Source of the DNA: an archaeon | GTDB taxonomy: Archaea > EX4484-52 > B79-G9 | Length of the DNA stretch: 64,000 nt | NCBI GenBank assembly: GCA_043813875.1 | Contig: JBDRKP010000054.1 | Span: forward strand, 751-64,750 | Direction: 5' to 3' | Part shown: positions 57,792 through 64,000 of the stretch, in pieces | How positions within the stretch are numbered: the stretch's first letter is position 1 | Layout of the letters: the number at the start of each line of letters is the position of its first letter | Notes under the pieces: generated by a model | What the model was told of the DNA's origin: nothing | The model's input: only the letters and a program-made list of their open reading frames with translations | Databases searched by the model: none | Program-made: the position numbers and the translations under genes

Positions 57792-58438
57792 TCACTCACC
57801 CCTTCACACTCGCTCTCGCTTTTCATGGCTTCCTTGATATGCTTCAGCCTCGAATAATCCTCCCTCTCCATCTCATCAAGATAATCCCTGATATACTTAT
57901 CAGCAGCAACAAGACTCACGATCTTCACCTTCTCAAGCGCATTCACCTTTCGCCTCGTTTTCTTGATCTCAAAAGAAAGCACATGCACCTTCTTCTCAAG
58001 CGCCGCAAGCTTCACCGCCATTATAGATAGCTCCCTCATCTTTAGAACAACATCATCAAGCGCGATCGGCGTCCCGATAAGGCTATAAGCTACCCCTCCA
58101 TCATCACTCATTCGAGCATCGACGACCGGCACCTTCACGCCGACCATCTTTTTGTGATTCATGCTGATCTCGATCCTTTTGGACTTATTATATGCCGTAT
58201 TCCGGTATGCCATAGACCCCATCTTCATCTCGGCAAGCTTCGCCGAAAGAAAACACATCCGCCCGAAAGTCCCGGCCTCTCTCCTGTAGATATCGAGCTC
58301 CTCCTTCGCCTTCAGCTGCTCGGTGATAAGCGTATCCCTCTTCTTCTTGAGCATATTATGCCCTTTTCTTGCAAGCACAAGCTTCGCATCCACAGCCTGA
58401 AGTTCCATCCTCGTCGGGCTCACATCGACATCATTCAT
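57779..58438 (-). CDS. atpD: A/V-type ATP synthase subunit D
   Basis: N-terminal SPTRMELQ...[19 protein letters not shown] typical of subunit D. Coiled-coil throughout. Confidence 0.85.
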   Translation of the reverse strand: MNDVDVSPTRMELQAVDAKLVLARKGHNMLKKKRDTLITEQLKAKEELDIYRREAGTFGRMCFLSAKLAEMKMGSMAYRNTAYNKSKRIEISMNHKKMVGVKVPVVDARMSDDGGVAYSLIGTPIALDDVVLKMRELSIMAVKLAALEKKVHVLSFEIKKTRRKVNALEKVKIVSLVAADKYIRDYLDEMEREDYSRLKHIKEAMKSESECEGVSECRI

Positions 58439-59859
58439 TCCTTCGCACCTTCTTTACCATCTTCGCCTGCTTCACTTTCTTTAAGATGTTTCGCGACAAT
58501 CTCATCCGGGATCCTCTTAAGCTCGCTCTTCGGCAGTCCCGAAAAAAGCTTCCAACCGATATCAAGCGTATCATCGATTGTCCTGTTCTCACTGGACTTC
58601 TGGCACAGGAATTTCTCCTCGAACTCCCGCGCAAACGTAAGATACTTATAATCAACATCACTCAGGCTCTCCTCCCCGATGACCGAGACGATCTCGCGGA
58701 TGTCCTTGCCCTCCGAATACGCGCTATAAAGCTGGTTGGACACAGAGTGATGATCCTCCCTCGTCTTTCCCGCCCCGATACCATTCCCCATCAGCCTCGA
58801 AAGCGACGGCAGCACATTGATAGGCGGCGTGATGCCTGCCTGGTGCATCTTCCTGTTCAACACGATCTGCCCCTCGGTGATATAGCCGGTAAGGTCGGCG
58901 ACAGGATGCGTGATATCGTCATTAGGCATAGTGAGAATCGGGATCTGCGTGATAGTCCCCTTCGCCCCCTTGACTCTTCCCGCCCTCTCGTAGATCGAAG
59001 CAAGATCCGTATACATATAGCCCGGGTACCCTCTCCGTCCCGGCACCTCGTTTCGTGACGCGCTCACCTCTCTCAAGGCCTCGCAGTAGTTAGTCATGTC
59101 AGTAAGTATCACAAGCACATGATAGTCATGCTTATAAGCAAGAAATTCAGCCGTAGTGAGCGCCACCCTCGGCGTGATAAGCCTCTCTATAGCCGGGCTG
59201 TCAGACAGATTAAGGAACATCACAACATTCTCGATAGCGCCGCTCTCATCGAAATTCCTGACAAAAAAATCCGCCTCTTCAAATGTTATGCCCATGGCAC
59301 AAAACACCACGCAGAACTTCACATCCTCATTGCCCTCACCCTTCACGACCGCCTGCCTTGCTATCTGCGCCGCAAGCTCATTGTGCGGCAGCCCCGCCCC
59401 TGAAAAGATAGGCAGCTTCTGCCCCATCACAAGCGAATTCATGCCGTCGATCGCAGAGACGCCCGTCTGGATGAAATCCTTCGGCGACTCCCTTGCCGTA
59501 GGATTGAGCGACCTCCCGTTGACATCCTCCTTCACCTCGGCAACCACCTTAGGGCCGCTTATCGGCCTCCCTGCCCCGTCAAACACACGTCCCACCATAT
59601 CCAAAGAAAGCGCGACCTTGAAAGTCTCGCCAAAAAACCTCACCTTCGTCCCCTTCGTGTCAAGCCCCATCGTAGATTCAAAAATCTGCACGCATGCGAT
59701 ATTCTCGCTGATCTCAAGTATCTTCCCCCTCTTAAGGACACCTGATGATGTCTCTACCTCGACAATCTCCCCGTAGCCGACACCGGACACCCCTTCCACA
59801 AAAAGAAGCGGCCCCTCGACTGATCTGACATTACAGTATTCTTTGATCACTCTTTCCAC
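58435..59859 (-). CDS. atpB: A/V-type ATP synthase subunit B
   Basis: Non-catalytic nucleotide-binding subunit with [15 protein letters not shown] and [20 protein letters not shown]. Confidence 0.95.
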   Translation of the reverse strand: MERVIKEYCNVRSVEGPLLFVEGVSGVGYGEIVEVETSSGVLKRGKILEISENIACVQIFESTMGLDTKGTKVRFFGETFKVALSLDMVGRVFDGAGRPISGPKVVAEVKEDVNGRSLNPTARESPKDFIQTGVSAIDGMNSLVMGQKLPIFSGAGLPHNELAAQIARQAVVKGEGNEDVKFCVVFCAMGITFEEADFFVRNFDESGAIENVVMFLNLSDSPAIERLITPRVALTTAEFLAYKHDYHVLVILTDMTNYCEALREVSASRNEVPGRRGYPGYMYTDLASIYERAGRVKGAKGTITQIPILTMPNDDITHPVADLTGYITEGQIVLNRKMHQAGITPPINVLPSLSRLMGNGIGAGKTREDHHSVSNQLYSAYSEGKDIREIVSVIGEESLSDVDYKYLTFAREFEEKFLCQKSSENRTIDDTLDIGWKLFSGLPKSELKRIPDEIVAKHLKESEAGEDGKEGAKE

Positions 59860-61630
59860 CCGATTTCAAAAATTCATCATCGATTCCCTTCATCATGTCC
59901 GTATATCCCGAATAGAACTCATTGTCATCCATATATCGCACAAGAGCGATCTTCTTGACGCAATCCATCATCCGTATCTTCCTGATATCGCGCACAGCAT
60001 CACCGGCCTTCAGCCCTTCATGATAGAACTTGAGGATCAGGTTGACCATCTTCATCTGCTTCTCGAGAGGCGTATACATATCATTCTGATTATACACATC
60101 CTGCTGCAAAAAATCCTCCCTTATTATCTTTGCGGCAAGCATGGTAAGCTGGTCGCGATAAGGCAGCGCATCCATCCCGACAAGCTGCACGACCTCCTTG
60201 AGCTCATTCTCCATCTTGAGAATCTTCACAAGCTCGGCGCGCGCATCGCTCCACTCCTCCTTGAGCCTCTCCTTATACCAGCTGGCAAGCCGGTCGACAT
60301 AAAGGCTGTAAGACTTGTTCCAGTTCACAGCAGGAAAATGCCTCATATCCGCAAGCTTTGCATCAAGCGCCCAGAAGCACTTCGTGACCCGAAGCGTACT
60401 CTGCGTCACAGGCTCGGAAAAATCCCCTCCCTGCGGCGACACCGCCCCGACAATAGACACAGAACCATAATCTCCGCCAAGCGTCTCGACAAGCCCGCTC
60501 CTCTCATAGAACTCAGATAATCTTGAAGAAAGATATGCAGGATACCCCTCCTCCCCGGGCATCTCCTCTAATCGTGAAGATATCTCCCTCATAGCCTCAG
60601 CCCACCTCGATGTGCTGTCAGCGATAAGAGCGACAGAATACCCCATGTCCCTGTAATATTCAGCGATAGTTACCCCTGTATAGATAGACGCCTCCCTTGC
60701 CGCCACAGGCATATTCGAAGTATTGGCGATCAATACTGTCCTCTCCATCAGCGGCTTTCCGGTCTTCTTATCGATAAGCTTCGGCAGCTCCTCAAGCACA
60801 TTCGTCATCTCGTTGCCTCTCTCCCCGCACCCGACATAGACTATGATATCCGCATCGCTCCACTTGGCGACCTGGTGCAGTGTGACAGTCTTGCCTGCGC
60901 CGAACGGCCCCGGTATCGCGGCAGTCCCTCCTTTTGCGATAGGGTAGAACATATCGATGACGCGCTGGCCGGTGATCAGCAGCTCCTTTGGCGCATGCTT
61001 CATCAGATACGGCCTCTTCTCCCTTACAGGCCACCTCTGCACCATCGAAAACCTCTTCTTTCCTCCCACATCAGCATCAACCTCGCATACGATCTCATCA
61101 GCGCCAAACACCCCGTCAGATATTTTCGTGACTGTCCCGCTCCTGATACCGATCGGGACCATCACTTTATGCGTGATGGCATCACTCTCCTTCACAAGCC
61201 CGACAACATGGCCCGCCTTCACTTTATCGCCTTTCTTCAAAGATGCCGTAAATTTCCATTTCCTGCTCTTATCGATTGCATCAGCCCTCTCTCCCCGGTT
61301 GATGAATATTCCGCTATTCTTCCTGATAGTCTCAAGCGGCCTCTGTATGCCGTCATATATCGACCCTATGATTCCTGGTCCGAGTTCTAAAGAAAGCGGC
61401 CGCCCCGTACTCACGACAGGATCTCCTGGCTTGAGTCCTTGAGTCTCCTCATATACCTGGATTATCGCCTCATCCCGCCTAAGCTCGATGATTTCGCCGA
61501 TCAGCCTCTCATCCGCTACCTCGACCACGTCATACATCTTGGCGCCGGCCATATTCTTTGCGACAATCACCGGCCCTGCAATCGACCTTATCTTTCCTCT
61601 GATACGTTTATCTTTTTTCAACAAAAACAC
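59831..61630 (-). CDS. atpA: A/V-type ATP synthase catalytic subunit A
   Basis: Walker [11 protein letters not shown] 599-aa catalytic subunit carrying the A-subunit-specific insertion. Confidence 0.95.
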   Translation of the reverse strand: MFLLKKDKRIRGKIRSIAGPVIVAKNMAGAKMYDVVEVADERLIGEIIELRRDEAIIQVYEETQGLKPGDPVVSTGRPLSLELGPGIIGSIYDGIQRPLETIRKNSGIFINRGERADAIDKSRKWKFTASLKKGDKVKAGHVVGLVKESDAITHKVMVPIGIRSGTVTKISDGVFGADEIVCEVDADVGGKKRFSMVQRWPVREKRPYLMKHAPKELLITGQRVIDMFYPIAKGGTAAIPGPFGAGKTVTLHQVAKWSDADIIVYVGCGERGNEMTNVLEELPKLIDKKTGKPLMERTVLIANTSNMPVAAREASIYTGVTIAEYYRDMGYSVALIADSTSRWAEAMREISSRLEEMPGEEGYPAYLSSRLSEFYERSGLVETLGGDYGSVSIVGAVSPQGGDFSEPVTQSTLRVTKCFWALDAKLADMRHFPAVNWNKSYSLYVDRLASWYKERLKEEWSDARAELVKILKMENELKEVVQLVGMDALPYRDQLTMLAAKIIREDFLQQDVYNQNDMYTPLEKQMKMVNLILKFYHEGLKAGDAVRDIRKIRMMDCVKKIALVRYMDDNEFYSGYTDMMKGIDDEFLKSGGKSDQRIL

Positions 61631-61639
61631 CGTTACTCA

Positions 61640-61909
61640 TCATCCGTTTCCGTAACCGCCATCAATATCCACAACAAGCGGCATGCTGGCATCCGCCTTC
61701 AGCCTTTTGATAAAACCCTCATCATCAACATCGACAAACGATTTTTCGACAACAATCAACCCTGCATCCCCCTTCTCGATGGCTTCATTGATTTTAATTT
61801 TGACATCCTTTCTGTCTTTCACGACAATCCCCCGGTCAAACCCGCCGTAAAGGAACCCCGCGACAAAGAATTCATCCCCGATAACAACCGACATCATATT
61901 ATTGGCCAT
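61640..61909 (-). CDS. atpF: A/V-type ATP synthase subunit F
   Basis: An 89-aa protein (VIGDEFFVAGFLYGG...) immediately upstream of atpA. Matches subunit F. Confidence 0.8.
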   Translation of the reverse strand: MANNMMSVVIGDEFFVAGFLYGGFDRGIVVKDRKDVKIKINEAIEKGDAGLIVVEKSFVDVDDEGFIKRLKADASMPLVVDIDGGYGNG

Positions 61910-61988
61910 ATTATTTATATATCACAGGCACCAAATAAAAAGCAATTGGTATTATCACTGAGTGAAAAATACATTATCATAATCTTCA

Positions 61989-62140
61989 GATATAGTTAAC
62001 GTCGTTACTAAAGAGACAAACTTAACCAAAAACCAAGAGACGTTAATCTATATGGCAAAGACATTAGTCCATTTTGAACGTCAGTTCAAAAGCTTGGCAT
62101 GTAAGTGCCATGAAAAGGTTATGTCTTTGACTATATTTTC
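61989..62140. repeat. Approximately 150-nt structured repeat, copy B (homolog of 34779-34890), inside the ATP synthase operon
   Basis: TATAGTTAACGTCGTTACTA ... AGACGTTAATCTATATGGCAAAGACAT ... ATGTCTTTGACTATATTTT. Relative to copy A it carries an insertion of about 40 nt. Confidence 0.5.
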
Positions 62141-62146
62141 AGCAAT

Positions 62147-62350
62147 ATGTTGATATTGCCCGTAATCCTTTTTATTCTGCTCATGACATTCATCTGGTAT
62201 CAGAACAGGAATGACGGAGCAAAGGAATACGATCTTAAATCCGTATCAGGTAGATTCTCTGGCATCGAAGGTAATCTGGAAAAGATAATCAGAAGCAGCA
62301 AGCGCCTGAAGAAAAAAATCGAGCGCCTGAAGGTCAGATATGACAATTAA
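62147..62350 (+). CDS. Small hypothetical membrane protein (antisense to the ATPase operon)
   Basis: 67 aa with an N-terminal TM helix (ILPVILFILLMTFIWY) and a coiled-coil tail. It sits between atpF and atpC on the opposite strand, immediately after repeat copy B. Confidence 0.3.
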   Translation: MLILPVILFILLMTFIWYQNRNDGAKEYDLKSVSGRFSGIEGNLEKIIRSSKRLKKKIERLKVRYDN

Positions 62351-62362
62351 GATCTTCGGGCG

Positions 62363-63565
62363 CTATCGATTCTCCATCACGATCCTCATATCATCATCAA
62401 TCTCGAATCTCACACTGTCCGTTATCCCTTTAAAGATACTCCCAAGCATCATGACCTCATTTCTCTTGAGCGCCATATACCGTAGCATCACCGCGATACT
62501 GAACTGGTTTTCCCGCGCCATCGCCTTCACATGACCTACAAGATAATCATCAAGCCTCCTTGCGATACCGTCGATCTTTCCGGTCTTAAGGAACTCATTC
62601 AGCCCGTTCTTGAACGTTTCTTCATAAGGCGTCTCCGCCATGATCACACCCATATTCTCTATTTTTTCAGCCGACATCATCGCCTTTAATTTCTCCGGAC
62701 TTATAAACAGTCCGAAAGGTATGAACTGCTCACGGTATTCATCAGCATCAGCCTTCGAAAGGATAAGTCTCATAGCAACGATGATATTCAGTATATCCGC
62801 CCTGGTGCGTGCATAATTATGGATGACAAAAGAATCCGCTTTGTTCATATTATGATCAACAGCCGATTTCTTTCCGCCAAAAAGACGCATCATATCCCCG
62901 CCCAAAACACCTCTTGCCGCATCATCATGAAGTTTCACGATATTGTATTTATCAAGCATGGCATCAAGCATTCCGGTATTATTGCCGCCATATTTTTTGA
63001 AATATCCGTCAATCACAGGATAATATTCCGTATCTTTTAGTTTTTCGATCGCTAGAGCCACATCATTAGTGAAAACAATCTCCTTCATCTTATCATGGCC
63101 TAATGCGCCGGCATCCACAAAATACTTCACTGCATCATCCTTATCGACCGGTATTTTATTGATGACAATATGCATAAGAGACAAAAGATTCCTGATCTCC
63201 CACTCCCGAAGATAATAATTGAAAAGCGGCATCGTAATCTTTGGAGAAAACTTCTGCACTTCAACAATATGGTCAACAAGATACTGGTCAAATGCCATCT
63301 GTGGGTTTTTTGAACAGATCTCAACGTTATCCATTTTGCTATAATCACTATTAGAAAGCGCCTCAATTGCGCTCTTGACCGATTTTTGGCTCGCGATCTC
63401 CCTCATTCTGGAAAGAGTTAAAAGCCTCACTTCCATCGCAGAAAGCCTTGCATTCGAATAAGCATACACAAAAAGCGGCCATACCTTGGATACGCTCAGA
63501 AAAATAGTCAATATGATAAAACCGATGATACCTCCGACAATGACGACATAAATGGGCTCAATCAT
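62363..63565 (-). CDS. atpC: A/V-type ATP synthase subunit C
   Basis: YAYSNARLSAMEVRLL matches the conserved subunit C N-terminus but is preceded by an unusual 40-aa hydrophobic extension. ATGA overlap with atpE. Confidence 0.8.
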   Translation of the reverse strand: MIEPIYVVIVGGIIGFIILTIFLSVSKVWPLFVYAYSNARLSAMEVRLLTLSRMREIASQKSVKSAIEALSNSDYSKMDNVEICSKNPQMAFDQYLVDHIVEVQKFSPKITMPLFNYYLREWEIRNLLSLMHIVINKIPVDKDDAVKYFVDAGALGHDKMKEIVFTNDVALAIEKLKDTEYYPVIDGYFKKYGGNNTGMLDAMLDKYNIVKLHDDAARGVLGGDMMRLFGGKKSAVDHNMNKADSFVIHNYARTRADILNIIVAMRLILSKADADEYREQFIPFGLFISPEKLKAMMSAEKIENMGVIMAETPYEETFKNGLNEFLKTGKIDGIARRLDDYLVGHVKAMARENQFSIAVMLRYMALKRNEVMMLGSIFKGITDSVRFEIDDDMRIVMENR

Positions 63566-64000
63566 CGCAATACCTTTTCTGTCTTTAGAGCTTCACCGAA
63601 CAATATTTTAGAGACCCCCGTCCTGATTTCATCCTCCATGCTCTTGAACATGGTATCAAACGAATAATCAAGAAACATATTATTCGATTCATCATACACG
63701 ATAAACCCGCCGCACATCTTCTGCGTCTTTATCTCAATATTGATTTTGCGCCCTGCCTCTTTTTTGATCTTCTCGATAGTCTTTTTATCAAGAACAGTAG
63801 CATTTGCCTTATTTGCGATTATCGCCAGTTTATCTCCGCCGCATTCACCTATCCCTCGTCTTAAAAGAGAAATCAATTCCTTTTTCAATTTCATCGGCTT
63901 CAGAGCATTCAATTCCTCCATTGCCTCATCAATGGTCTCATTAATGATTTCTCCCCTGGCATCGCGCACTATTCCGTTGATCTCGACATTCGCTTGAGAT
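63562..64000 (-). CDS. atpE: A/V-type ATP synthase subunit E (5' end probably beyond the window edge)
   Basis: The C-terminal region (GGFIVYDESNNMFLDYSFDTMFKSMEDEIR) is typical of subunit E. Coiled-coil upstream. The reading frame stays open to the window end. Confidence 0.7.
   Translation of the reverse strand, partial: SQANVEINGIVRDARGEIINETIDEAMEELNALKPMKLKKELISLLRRGIGECGGDKLAIIANKANATVLDKKTIEKIKKEAGRKINIEIKTQKMCGGFIVYDESNNMFLDYSFDTMFKSMEDEIRTGVSKILFGEALKTEKVLR

Noticed and set aside
58369-59776. Long antisense ORFs (229 aa, 206 aa and others) opposite atpB and atpA; similar ones opposite feoB, thrC and HypF-like (e.g. 54109..54984, 25472..26140)
   Set aside because: These are shadow ORFs on the opposite strand of high-confidence, high-GC protein-coding genes. 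Their products are Arg/Pro/His-rich low-complexity sequences.
1-64000. tRNA and rRNA genes, and an integrase, at the island boundaries
   Set aside because: Scanned intergenic regions, especially 4502-6103, 8800-9340, 37465-38025 and 48355-48610. No cloverleaf-compatible GC-rich 70-90-nt segment and no T-loop GGTTCGAATCC-like sequence was found. No integrase or recombinase ORF is present in either island.

Overview
This window reads as an archaeal chromosome segment. The evidence is an A/V-type ATP synthase operon (atpE-C-F-A-B-D, minus strand, 57.8-64 kb), an archaeal-type TyrRS that aligns closely with the M. jannaschii enzyme, a cofactor-independent ApgM phosphoglycerate mutase, a NOG1-like GTPase, and TATA boxes about 25-30 bp upstream of several start codons (leaderless-type promoters). 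The core genome (about 45-50% GC by eye) carries housekeeping genes: rtcA, tyrS, serS, pcm, apgM, thrC, asd, feoAB, a znuACB operon, and an ABC-2 exporter. Two clearly lower-GC accessory islands interrupt it. Island A (about 28.1-34.2 kb) holds a DUF5320-DUF134-NifX-NifX-SAM methyltransferase-MinD/ferredoxin ATPase cluster and a second Fur/Zur-regulated znuABC copy. Island B (about 37.6-48.4 kb) is a type I restriction-modification locus in which hsdR, hsdS and hsdM are separated by six embedded accessory genes (ORF6N, AlbA_2/HATPase_c_4, PIN-like, Bro-N/DinD-like and two unknowns) in one translationally coupled operon, flanked by imperfect direct repeats. At 50.4-53.9 kb a composite IS6-family structure (one degenerate full copy, one inverted truncated copy, shared 27-bp terminal repeats, a flanking 7/8-bp target duplication) carries a Cys-rich secreted cargo protein and has replaced the last codons of a HypF-like gene. 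Other observations are three HTH-nucleotidyltransferase/HEPN pairs (one splitting znuA from znuCB), two previously unreported repeat families (a 48-bp palindromic A5-hairpin-T5 element in three copies, and a roughly 110-150-nt GACGTC-containing element in two copies, one inside the ATPase operon), and a 1.6-kb iteron-rich non-coding region. No rRNA, tRNA or CRISPR array was recognised. Hand-derived coordinates may be off by a few bases.
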